Source: Candidatus Krumholzibacteriia bacterium (GTDB taxonomy: Bacteria > Krumholzibacteriota > Krumholzibacteriia > G020349025). From it: DNA of 64,000 nt. Shown piece by piece: positions 54,332-63,451 of the stretch. The DNA lies in the NCBI GenBank assembly GCA_035649435.1, contig DASRJO010000063.1, forward strand, positions 1,309 to 65,308, in the 5' to 3' direction. The position numbers and the translations under genes are program-made. Each line of letters begins with the position of its first letter. Positions within the stretch are counted from its first letter, which is position 1. Below the pieces are notes generated by a model, which saw only the letters and a list, made by a program, of their open reading frames with translations, was not told where the DNA came from and made no database searches.

Positions 54332-54359
54332 TTGAGGGGCAGCCCGCCAGGCCTATAAT
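54332..54359 (+). promoter_or_regulatory. Candidate sigma-70-type promoter for accD, with an AT-rich upstream island.
   Basis: TTGAGG, then a 16-nt spacer, then a perfect TATAAT hexamer, about 35 nt upstream of the accD ATG. It is preceded by an unusually AT-rich block (54246..54285, TTAATTTTAATAAAATGAATAATTTACAC) in a genome that is about 70% GC. Confidence 0.4.
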
Positions 54360-54393
54360 CGCCTCGGCCAGCGGAACGAGGAGGGAGCCGACG

Positions 54394-55410
54394 ATGTCTT
54401 GGCTGCACCGCGCCAAACAGGGCGTGAAGATCCAGCGCACAGCGGACAAGAGGGAGCTGCCCGAGGGCATGTGGATGAAGTGCCCCGGTTGTTCTGAGAT
54501 CATCTATCGCGTCGAGCTCGAGAAGAACCAATGGGTCTGCAACCGTTGCAGCTATCATTTTCCGCTCAGCGCGCGCCAATACGTCGAGATCCTCACCGAT
54601 CCGGGTTCCTTCACCGAAACCTATCGCTCGATCACGTCGCTCGACCCGCTCGATTTTCGCGACGCCAAGGAAAAGTACCGACTCAAGCTCAAGAAGACGA
54701 TGCTCCGCACCAATTTGAGCGAGGCGGTGCTCACCGGCCAAGCGCGTTTGCACGATCGCGAGGTCGTCCTCGGCGTCTTCGATTTCGCCTTCCTCGGTGG
54801 CAGCATGGGCTCGGTGGTGGGGGAGAAGATCGCCCGCGCCGGGTTGGATGCGCTGGCGCGGCGAGCGCCGTTCATCATCCTGTCGCGCTCCGGGGGCGCG
54901 CGCATGCACGAGTCGGTGCTCTCCCTCATGCAGATGGCGAAGACCAGCGCCGTGCTCGCCAAGCTGCACGAAGCGGGTGTGCCCTTCATCTCGATCATGT
55001 GCAATCCGACGACCGGTGGGGTCTCGGCCAGCTTCGCGGCACTCGGCGACGTCATCCTCGCCGAGCCCAAGGCACAGATCGGTTTCGCCGGACCGCGCGT
55101 CATCCGCGAGACCATCAACCAGGAGCTGCCGCCCGGCTTCCAGACCGCCGAGTTCGTGCAGGAGTGCGGCTTCGTCGATCTCATCGTGCACCGGCGCGAC
55201 CTGCGTTCCGTCCTCGACCGCGTGCTCGGTTTCCTGTGCGTGCTCGGCCAAGAGGTGGTCGCTTCTCCCACGGGCAGCGGCAGCGTCCCGGCCGAAGAGG
55301 CCGCATCCGCCGGCGCCCGTCCGGTGCCGGAAGTGGCGCCGCCGTCGCGCGACGTGGTCGAGGTCCCGGAAACCACGCCGCGTCAGGTCGGCCGGCATGG
55401 ACCTGCCTAG
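54394..55410 (+). CDS. accD: Acetyl-CoA carboxylase carboxyltransferase beta subunit.
   Basis: A GAGGAGGGAG ribosome-binding site precedes the start. Zinc ribbon CPGCSEIIY...CNRCSYH and carboxyltransferase motif GGSMGSVVGEK...GGARMHE. Confidence 0.9.
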   Translation: MSWLHRAKQGVKIQRTADKRELPEGMWMKCPGCSEIIYRVELEKNQWVCNRCSYHFPLSARQYVEILTDPGSFTETYRSITSLDPLDFRDAKEKYRLKLKKTMLRTNLSEAVLTGQARLHDREVVLGVFDFAFLGGSMGSVVGEKIARAGLDALARRAPFIILSRSGGARMHESVLSLMQMAKTSAVLAKLHEAGVPFISIMCNPTTGGVSASFAALGDVILAEPKAQIGFAGPRVIRETINQELPPGFQTAEFVQECGFVDLIVHRRDLRSVLDRVLGFLCVLGQEVVASPTGSGSVPAEEAASAGARPVPEVAPPSRDVVEVPETTPRQVGRHGPA

Positions 55411-56758
55411 CCCGGCGCAAGCCTTCTCCCCCGAGATTCAATTTCTCTACGGATTGCAGAGCGGCAGGACACGTCTCGGCCTGGCTTCGACGCGCCACTT
55501 GCTGCGCCTCGTCGGATCTCCCGAACGCGACGTGCCCGTCGTGCACGTGGCGGGGACGAACGGCAAGGGCTCGACCGCCGCATACGCCGCGGCCATGTTG
55601 GAATCCGCAGGCCTTCGCGTCGGGCGTTTCACCTCGCCGCACATCCTGTCGGTCGAAGAGCGCATCTGCATCGACGGCGTGCCGATCGATCCGGCGGAAT
55701 TCGCCGGGCGCGTACGCGAGCTGCGCCCGGCGATCGAACGCGCCGGGGCCTCTTTCTTCGAGTCGATGACGGCGATCGCCGCGCGGGTGTTCCAAGCCGC
55801 GCGAGTGGATGCGGCCGTGTACGAGGTCGGCCTCGGCGGACGCCTCGATGCCACCAACGCCTTGCCGGCCACGGTCTCGGTGGTGACCAGCATCGGCCAC
55901 GACCACGAGACGATCCTCGGCCGCGGCTTGCGTGCCGTGTGCGGCGAGAAACTGGGGATCGCGCGCGCAGGAGTGCCGTTGCACGCCGCGCTCACCCGAC
56001 CCGATCTGGTGCGCTTGGCGCGCGACCACTGTGCGCGCAAGCGCACCCCGTTCAAGCTCCTCGACCCGGGCTTGGCCTCCGTGCGCAGCATCGATCTCGG
56101 CGGGATGCGCTTCGATCTCGCCCTCCCGGGCGGCGCCGGCTTGTGGACGAGCTTCCACGGTGCGCACTATGCGCGCAATGCCGCGCTGGCGGCGCTGGCG
56201 GTGGCGGATCTCTTGGCGGCGCGGGGGAAGGACGAGCACACCAACTTGGCCGCGGCCACGGCGCGTGCTTTCCTGCCCGGGCGGTTGCAAGTGCTGCCGG
56301 CGTCGGGAACATCTCCGCGCGTGATTCTGGACGTAGCGCACAACCCGGAAGCATTGCAGACCACGTTGCAGGTGGCGCGCGCGCTGCTCGGCGACGAACG
56401 ACCGGTCGTCGTGCTCGGCATGATGCGCGACAAGCGCCTCGGCGACGCATCGAAATTGCTCGATGGCTGGGCGCGCGAGCTCTGGATCGTGGCGCCGCGC
56501 GTCGCGCGCGCCTGGGAACCGCGCCGCGTGGCGGCACGCTTGCGGGCTCGGGGAGGCGACCTGGTGCTCGAAGTCGAGCCCGATGCCTGCCAGGCGCTCT
56601 CGCGCGCGATGACGCGGGCGACGACGGTCTTGGTCCTCGGCAGCCACTACCTCGTCGGCGAGGTGCTGCCGCATTTGGCGGCGATGCGCGGCGTGTCGGC
56701 GCAATCGTTGCTGTCGGCGCCGGCGGTGCAGCCGCGGATGCCGGCGCCCGCGAGATGA
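55397..56758 (+). CDS. folC: Folylpolyglutamate synthase/dihydrofolate synthase.
   Basis: Mur-ligase P-loop VVHVAGTNGKGSTAAY. It overlaps the accD 3' end by 14 nt, which is the conserved accD-folC arrangement. Confidence 0.8.
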   Translation: MDLPSPAQAFSPEIQFLYGLQSGRTRLGLASTRHLLRLVGSPERDVPVVHVAGTNGKGSTAAYAAAMLESAGLRVGRFTSPHILSVEERICIDGVPIDPAEFAGRVRELRPAIERAGASFFESMTAIAARVFQAARVDAAVYEVGLGGRLDATNALPATVSVVTSIGHDHETILGRGLRAVCGEKLGIARAGVPLHAALTRPDLVRLARDHCARKRTPFKLLDPGLASVRSIDLGGMRFDLALPGGAGLWTSFHGAHYARNAALAALAVADLLAARGKDEHTNLAAATARAFLPGRLQVLPASGTSPRVILDVAHNPEALQTTLQVARALLGDERPVVVLGMMRDKRLGDASKLLDGWARELWIVAPRVARAWEPRRVAARLRARGGDLVLEVEPDACQALSRAMTRATTVLVLGSHYLVGEVLPHLAAMRGVSAQSLLSAPAVQPRMPAPAR

Positions 56759-56784
56759 CGCCACGATCGCAAAGGAGCCCAGGC

Positions 56785-57753
56785 GTGACCGAGAGATCGA
56801 TGATGGCCGGCGTCGATGTCGGCGGCACCAACGTCAAGATCGCGCTGGTGTGGAGCGATGGGGAAGTCCTCGCCTCTCGACAAATCCCGACGCAGGCCGA
56901 GTCCGGTCCCGCCGCCGGGTGCGAGCGCATCGTCTCGACGTTGCGACAGCTCATGCACGAAGCGGGCGCGTCGATCCCGCCCCCGCGCATCGTGGGCGTC
57001 GCCTCCGCCGGTTTGGTGGATGCGGTGCACAATCTCGTGGTGGACTCGCCGAACCTGCGCTCTTGGGAACGATTTCCTCTTGCCCAGCGTCTCGGCGAAG
57101 GCATCGGCGCCGCGGCCTACCTCGAAAACGACGTCAATGCCATGGCGTATGGCGAATGGCGCTTCGGCGCCGGCCGCGGCACCCGGCACATGGTCTGCCT
57201 CGCCCTCGGCACCGGCGTGGGCGGCGGACTGATCCTCGACGGGCACCTCTATCGTGGCGCGCGCGGCGCGGCGGCGGAGCTCGGCCACATCACGATCGAC
57301 ATGCATGGTCCACCATGCAGCTGTCCCAACGTCGGTTGTCTGGAGCGGCACATCGGCGCTGGCTACATTTCGGAGCGTGCGCGCGCGGCGCTCGCGGCAT
57401 CGGCACGGCCGAGCCGGCTGCGGGATCTCGAGGACATCAAGCCCGAAACACTCTTTGCTGCCGCCGAGGCCGGCGACATCATCGCGGCCGAGGTGTTGGC
57501 CGAATCGGGGGCGTTGCTCGGCCAGGGACTCGTGAGCTTGGTGAACATCTTCGATCCCGAGCGCGTGGTCATCGGCGGCGGCGTGGCACTTGCCGGCGAT
57601 TGGCTGCTCGAGCCGGCTCGTCGTGTCGTGCGTGCGCGCGCCATGAGCGTCGCGGCCGCCGAGGTCGAGATCGTGCCGGCGGCGCTCGGTCACGATGGGG
57701 CCTTGATCGGCGCGGCCCTCCTGGCGGCGGCGCGCGATGCGGGGACGGCATGA
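56785..57753 (+). CDS. glk: ROK-family sugar kinase (glucokinase-like).
   Basis: An AAAGGAG ribosome-binding site precedes a GTG start. Motifs GVDVGGTNVKIALV, GTGVGGGLILDGHLYRG and the zinc motif CSCPNVGCLE. Confidence 0.75.
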   Translation: MTERSMMAGVDVGGTNVKIALVWSDGEVLASRQIPTQAESGPAAGCERIVSTLRQLMHEAGASIPPPRIVGVASAGLVDAVHNLVVDSPNLRSWERFPLAQRLGEGIGAAAYLENDVNAMAYGEWRFGAGRGTRHMVCLALGTGVGGGLILDGHLYRGARGAAAELGHITIDMHGPPCSCPNVGCLERHIGAGYISERARAALAASARPSRLRDLEDIKPETLFAAAEAGDIIAAEVLAESGALLGQGLVSLVNIFDPERVVIGGGVALAGDWLLEPARRVVRARAMSVAAAEVEIVPAALGHDGALIGAALLAAARDAGTA

Positions 57754-57877
57754 GCTCGCGCCGCGCGGTCGTGCACGGCGGTGGCGGAGGAGGGGGCGGC
57801 GGCGTATGTTCGGTCTCGTCGGCAGCCGTGCTGCCCCTCGCCAGGTGAGCCTGCCCGATTCTCCGGGGTCGCGATCG

Positions 57878-60800
57878 ATGCATGCGCCGTGGCGCCTGGC
57901 CGCCGGCTTTCCCCTCCTGTTGCTCGCGCTCGTTGCGGGGCGAGCCGCCGCGCAGACGGCGCCCGAGCGCTTCGATCTGCGCGGCGCGCTCATGCAGTAC
58001 GACACGCGCAGCAACGTCGCCACGTTCATCGACAGCGTCATCCTCCGGTATAGCGGCGTCACCGTCGAGAGCCAGCAGGCGCAACGCTACGGGACTTCGA
58101 ACGACTACCACGTCCAGTTTCAGGGCGATGTGCGCATTCGCGACCGCGGTGTGATCATGCACGGGGACCAAGGCGAGTTCAGGCAGCGCGACAATTCCGC
58201 CGAGCTGCGCGGGCGCGTGACCATCCAGGATTCGACCGGTCTCATCCGCGCCAAGCGCGTGCGTTACTACCGCGACCAGCGTTTGCTCTGGCTGTGGGGC
58301 GATGTGGTCTTCGAGGACGAGGCCTCGATCGTGCAAGCCGACAGCGTGCGTTACGAAGAGGACCGGGGCTTCGGAGAGGCATTCGGCAACGTCGTTCTCA
58401 TCGACCGCAAACGCAACTCGCAAGCGCGCGGGCCGCACGGTTTCTACGATCGCGCCTCGGGGAACGCGTGGCTCGACCAGAAACCCGAGCTGGTGCTGCG
58501 CGACGAGGAGGGCATCGAAACCTTCGTCCATGCCGAGGAGAACTTTCGCGACGCCGAGAAGGGCCTCGGGTACCTGCGCGGCGGCGTGCGCATCGTGCGC
58601 GACAGCACCGTCGCCGAAGCCGATTCGGCCATCTTTCACGAGGCGAACAACCTCTTCGAGCTGCGCGGACATCCGCGGGTCCGCCGCGGCGGCACGCGCA
58701 TCTCGGGCCAGGAGATCGACGTCCATTTCGGCGGCGAGGTAGTGGAGCAAGTGCGCGTGCGCCAGCGCGCTCTGCTGGTGCAGTCACGCCGCGACACCTT
58801 GCTGTTGCCGGATCCGAATCAAGTCTCCGGCGATTCGGCAGTGATCGATTTCGACCAGGGCAAGCTGCGGCGCGCCATCGTGTCGGGCAACGGCTCCAGC
58901 AACTTCGTGCCCGTCGAGGCCACCCCAAACCGCATTTCCCTCAACGAGGCGCAGTCGGATTCCATCGTCATGCTCTTCAACGACGACGAGCTGCAGGAGG
59001 TGCTGTTCATCGGCAACGCCTCGGGGGTCTATCGCTATCACGACGGGGATTTCGCCACGCATCGTCCGCGCGGGGCGGCCGTGCCCGTCGACAGCGTCTT
59101 CGGCGTCGTGCGTGCCGACACCACGGCGTTCGATTTCCGCCGTCAGGCGAACACCGTGGAGTACAGCGGCGAGCGCATCCTGTATCTCGCGCCGTTCAAC
59201 GACCTGCACATTCAAGGCTCGGCCCAGGTGATGTACCAAGGCCGCACGCTCAAGGCCGGCGACATCACCTTCGACGCCGACACCGATCTATTGACGGCGC
59301 GGAAAAGCCCCGTGCTTGTCGAAGGCGACCAGCGCGTCTACGGCGATCAGATGGGCTACGACATGCACGAGCGCCAGGCGTTTGTGACCGAGGGCGCCAC
59401 CGTCTACGATCAAGGCTACTACCGTGGCACCCGCATCCTGCGCGATCCGGACGGCACGTTGCAGGTGGCCAAGGGGCGCTACACCAGCTGCGACCTCGAG
59501 ACGCCGCACTACGATTTCCGCAGCGATCAGATGAAGATCTACTTGCGCGACAAGGCGGTGGCGCGGCCGGTCTATCTCTACCTCGGCAATCTGCCGATCT
59601 TCTACCTGCCGTTCTTCTTCAACTCGGTGGACCCGGGGCGGAAGAGCGGCTTCCTCATGCCCGACATCGAAATCGGCGTCGGCTCGAGCAGCCGCTACAT
59701 CCGCGGTCTCAACTATTACTGGGCTGCGAGCAACTACTGGGACGTGATGTTCTCGAGCGCCTACAACGAACGCAGCCGCGTCGATCGCACCTCGGTGGAA
59801 GAGGTTCTGTCGTCCACCGGGCAGTCGCGCAACATCCAGCTCGGCGCCAACCTGCGCTACCTGCTGCGCTACCGCCTGAACGGCAACGTCGAATACCGCC
59901 GCTCCGACGACATCGACACCGACGCTTCCTTCGTCACCATGCGCGGCAGTCACCGGCAGACGCTGAGTGACCGCATGACGCTCAACGGCACCTTGGACTT
60001 CGCCAGCAGCGACCAGGCGGTGCGCGCCACCAACGAGTTCACTGATTACGACCGCTCGCGGCAACGGCAGCTCACGTCCAGCCTCACGTTCAGCCGCGGC
60101 GGCCGCTTGGCGCGCACCAACGTGAGCTTGCAGCGCCGGCAGATCCTCGAGCCCGGCGACGACTTCGTCGGTCAATCCATCCTGAGCCAGACATTGCCGA
60201 GCCTGTCGCTCAGCTTCCCGCTCATCCGTCTGGCGCCGCGGCCCGGCCCGGGGGGACCGGGATGGCAGCGTTTCCTGAGCGATCTGCAGTTCAACCCGAA
60301 CCTGTCGGTGACGCGCAGAGTCGACGACGTGCGCCAGCGCCAGTGGATCGACGCGAGCACCGGCATGGTGGTGGCCGACACCACCGGTGTCGATTCGGTA
60401 CAGGCGACCTTTTTCACCGAAAGGCTGCAGCGCCTCGATGCCGCGACCGGGGCGGCGCTCGGACGCCAGAGCAGCCTGTGGATCCTGACCGTCAACCCGT
60501 CGGTGTCGTACGCGGTGAGCTATGCCGACGACGATCGCAACCCGGTTCCGAGGTCCGATCGCTTCACGCAAAGCCTGCGCGCGGGATTGACCGCCTCGAC
60601 ACGGCTCTACGGCATCTTCCATCCCCGCATCGGCAGCCTGCGCGCGCTGCGCCACACCATCGAGCCCACGGCGAGCTACGCGTACACGGCAGCGCTCTCG
60701 GGTGTCACGGCGAATCAGGGTGTCACCCTCGGCCTGCGCAACTCGTTGGACGCCAAGGTGGAGAAGGATTCGACCGAGAAGCGCGTCGATGGCGTGTTCG

Positions 60801-61477
60801 AGTGGGCGTTGTCGACCGGCTACGACCCCGATCGCGAGCGGCGCTGGGGCAACATCGGCAGCAACTTGACGTTCAACCGTCACGGACCGTTGCGTCTGAC
60901 CGTGTCGCAGACGATCGACCCGTACCGGCGCAAGATCATCAGCACCTCGATTCCGTTCACCTTCCGGCTCGCTGGGAGCTTTGGCGGCGACGAAGCCGAT
61001 GCGGCGGCGGGGAAGCTGAATCGCATCGCGCAAGAGGAGGGCTCGATCACGGCGCCGGAGGATTCCATCGGCCCGGCGCAGAACTGGGGCTTCTCGCCGG
61101 AACCGGAAGACGGCTTGGAGACGGTGGAACGTTCCCGCGACGTGGTGCCGGGGGAGAAGCTCAATTGGGAGCTGGCGTTCTCGTATTCGTTCAACCACAC
61201 CGACGGGCGCAACCTGTCGCGCAACGTGGGGGTGGGCGCGGCGATCAAGCCGACAGCCAAGTGGACTGTACGCTGGCGCGCCAACTTCGACACCGATCAG
61301 CGCGAGTGGATCAACCCCTCGGTCGACATCGAGCGCGACTTGCATTGCTGGCGCGCCAGCTTTTCCCGCATCTTCAACGCCTACGACGACGAATGGCGCT
61401 ACTACTTCCGCATCTTCGTCATCCGCCACCAGGACGAGCTGTTCCTGGAATCCGGCGAACGCAGCTTCGGCTATTGA
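57878..61477 (+). CDS. lptD: LptD/OstA-family outer-membrane beta-barrel protein (LPS-assembly protein-like, long form).
   Basis: Signal peptide PLLLLALVAGRAAAQ. N-terminal OstA-type repeats (VATFIDSVILRYSGVTVESQQAQRY...). A long beta-rich C-terminus that ends ...GERSFGY with an aromatic terminus. Confidence 0.6.
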   Translation: MHAPWRLAAGFPLLLLALVAGRAAAQTAPERFDLRGALMQYDTRSNVATFIDSVILRYSGVTVESQQAQRYGTSNDYHVQFQGDVRIRDRGVIMHGDQGEFRQRDNSAELRGRVTIQDSTGLIRAKRVRYYRDQRLLWLWGDVVFEDEASIVQADSVRYEEDRGFGEAFGNVVLIDRKRNSQARGPHGFYDRASGNAWLDQKPELVLRDEEGIETFVHAEENFRDAEKGLGYLRGGVRIVRDSTVAEADSAIFHEANNLFELRGHPRVRRGGTRISGQEIDVHFGGEVVEQVRVRQRALLVQSRRDTLLLPDPNQVSGDSAVIDFDQGKLRRAIVSGNGSSNFVPVEATPNRISLNEAQSDSIVMLFNDDELQEVLFIGNASGVYRYHDGDFATHRPRGAAVPVDSVFGVVRADTTAFDFRRQANTVEYSGERILYLAPFNDLHIQGSAQVMYQGRTLKAGDITFDADTDLLTARKSPVLVEGDQRVYGDQMGYDMHERQAFVTEGATVYDQGYYRGTRILRDPDGTLQVAKGRYTSCDLETPHYDFRSDQMKIYLRDKAVARPVYLYLGNLPIFYLPFFFNSVDPGRKSGFLMPDIEIGVGSSSRYIRGLNYYWAASNYWDVMFSSAYNERSRVDRTSVEEVLSSTGQSRNIQLGANLRYLLRYRLNGNVEYRRSDDIDTDASFVTMRGSHRQTLSDRMTLNGTLDFASSDQAVRATNEFTDYDRSRQRQLTSSLTFSRGGRLARTNVSLQRRQILEPGDDFVGQSILSQTLPSLSLSFPLIRLAPRPGPGGPGWQRFLSDLQFNPNLSVTRRVDDVRQRQWIDASTGMVVADTTGVDSVQATFFTERLQRLDAATGAALGRQSSLWILTVNPSVSYAVSYADDDRNPVPRSDRFTQSLRAGLTASTRLYGIFHPRIGSLRALRHTIEPTASYAYTAALSGVTANQGVTLGLRNSLDAKVEKDSTEKRVDGVFEWALSTGYDPDRERRWGNIGSNLTFNRHGPLRLTVSQTIDPYRRKIISTSIPFTFRLAGSFGGDEADAAAGKLNRIAQEEGSITAPEDSIGPAQNWGFSPEPEDGLETVERSRDVVPGEKLNWELAFSYSFNHTDGRNLSRNVGVGAAIKPTAKWTVRWRANFDTDQREWINPSVDIERDLHCWRASFSRIFNAYDDEWRYYFRIFVIRHQDELFLESGERSFGY

Positions 61478-61649
61478 ACGCACGCGAACGGCGACGAGCT
61501 TTGGTGTTCGCGGCTGCTGACGTGCGCCGCGGCAGCGTTGCGGGCGTGGTTGCCATCGACTAGAATCCGCCCTTCCTCGGCATGGCATTCACTGGGCGGT
61601 TTTCGATGCGGGTCCTCGTCTGGAGTCACCTCTCCGCTCGCAGGACCCC

Positions 61650-63155
61650 ATGATCGACGTCCATTTGTACACCGACTACTGGGCGTCGGTGCTCGGAATT
61701 CGCGGCATCGTGCGCGAGGCGGTGCTGCGGCGTGGGCTGGCGGATCTCGACGTCTTCCGCACGTGTCTCAACCGGCCGAGCACACGCTTGCCGGGTTTCG
61801 GCTACTACGTGCTGGTGCTGCTGGCCGGACCGGTGCTCATCCCGTACCGCATGATCCAGCGCATCGCCTCGCGCTTGCACATTCCCTTGGCGGGCGAGGA
61901 AACCGCGGCCGAGCTGCTGGCGCCATATCGATTGCAGCTCGAACCACAGCCCGGGGGCAAGGTCGACGTCTCCTGGCGCGGCGAGCGGCTGGCGTCCTCG
62001 ATCAACGATCCGATGCTGCCGGAAGTCGTGTTCAGCGTCGTGTATCCGGCCTACAAGATCCTGATCGCGGCGGTGTTGGCGATTGGGTTGTCGCTGCTCT
62101 CGCATTGGGTCGCCGAGCGCCCCGGGTTGGAGGAGTGGCTGGGGAAGCTGCTGCTCTTCGGCAATTTCCCGCTGCTCGCGGTGCTGCTCTACGCCATCTT
62201 CCGCGATTGGTGGACGTCCTTCGTGGCGCCGCTGCCCGTGTTCATCGTGCTGTGGGTGATGGCCTTGCTGGGTCCGACATCGGGGTTGCAGTGGAGTTCG
62301 TTTCCGGCGCTCCTGGCGGGGCTCGCGCTCGGGTACTTTGTCCTCGACTCGTTCCTGGTGCCACGCGGCATGGCGCCGACGCTCTACCTCTACGTCAACG
62401 ATCCCGCGAGCCCGCACTTTCCCTACACCGACGGGCACTCCCCGTACTGGCTGCGTGGGAAGACCTATTGGGTCTGGCGCTTCGTCACGCTCACGCGTGC
62501 CGAGATCCACAAGTTCTGGGAAAGCGACTGGGAGCGCATCGAGGTCTGGGTGTGTGCCGACGGACCGGATGCCGGCATGGTCGAATGGGTGGTGGACGAC
62601 TTCCACTTCCGCGAGCTGTGGATTCCCTACGAACGCGCCGTTTCCACCACGCGCGCGGCCGGGCATCGGCGCGGCCTGGCGGAGCTGCGCCGGGATCCAG
62701 GGCGCGGCGCCGCCTGGGTGGTGGAGGTGGACACCGATTTCGTCGGCCATTGGCCCGAAATGCGCGGACTCTTTCTCCTGCCGCTCCGTCAAGGTTGGCG
62801 CAAGGCGCGCTTGCGCCAGCTGGCGCGGTCGATGCGCGTGCAGGTCGAAGCCGATCACCCGCGCGACTACCGCGAGATCGTGCATCGGCTGCGTCTCGAT
62901 CGGCGTGATTTCCTCGCCGATATTCCGGAGTACCTGCGCTGGCTGGCGCTCCGGCGCATGATCTCCATTCCCTGGCGCTACTGGCGCTTCCCGCACGGCG
63001 CCAACACCGTGGCGCGGCCGCTCCTGTATGCCGGGACCGAGGCCGACCGGTCGCCACGAGCATCCGAACCCGAGCTGCAGTTCAAGGCCCAGGCCTCGTC
63101 TGCCGGCGCCCGGCCGGCGACGCCGGACTCGTCCGTGCCCAATGGAGGCCACTGA
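61650..63155 (+). CDS. Hypothetical polytopic membrane protein (Trp/Tyr-rich, no recognisable family).
   Basis: Real-looking composition on the + strand, with 6 or more transmembrane segments in residues 40-240. The overlapping 670-aa minus-strand ORF is R/P/G-rich and is rejected. Confidence 0.5.
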   Translation: MIDVHLYTDYWASVLGIRGIVREAVLRRGLADLDVFRTCLNRPSTRLPGFGYYVLVLLAGPVLIPYRMIQRIASRLHIPLAGEETAAELLAPYRLQLEPQPGGKVDVSWRGERLASSINDPMLPEVVFSVVYPAYKILIAAVLAIGLSLLSHWVAERPGLEEWLGKLLLFGNFPLLAVLLYAIFRDWWTSFVAPLPVFIVLWVMALLGPTSGLQWSSFPALLAGLALGYFVLDSFLVPRGMAPTLYLYVNDPASPHFPYTDGHSPYWLRGKTYWVWRFVTLTRAEIHKFWESDWERIEVWVCADGPDAGMVEWVVDDFHFRELWIPYERAVSTTRAAGHRRGLAELRRDPGRGAAWVVEVDTDFVGHWPEMRGLFLLPLRQGWRKARLRQLARSMRVQVEADHPRDYREIVHRLRLDRRDFLADIPEYLRWLALRRMISIPWRYWRFPHGANTVARPLLYAGTEADRSPRASEPELQFKAQASSAGARPATPDSSVPNGGH

Positions 63156-63451
63156 GGCAAAAGCGGCCAAATCGACCGATCCGCTCCGGCTCGAACGGGG
63201 GGGTGTGAATCCGCGCTGCTCTTCGAGTTTGGTTCGGTTGCGACTCGGTTCCAAGCGGTGAGCCCTCTTCCAGCCGGAACCCCGTCTCGGTTCCGAGTGT
63301 TCGAATGGCACAGACCGGGGCTTGGTCCACGCGGGTGGCGCCAGGATGCTGCCGGGCGGTATGCTCCCTGCTCGTCGCTTCGCAGCCGCGGGCGGCGACC
63401 GATTCCCAGACTGGCCAGCGGCTTCCTTCCAATGCCGAGAGGGGTGAAATC

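Noticed and set aside
59288-61588. 766-aa minus-strand ORF opposite the lptD-like gene.
   Set aside because: It is an A/R/G-rich antisense ORF. The plus strand has a signal peptide, OstA repeats and a beta-barrel terminus.
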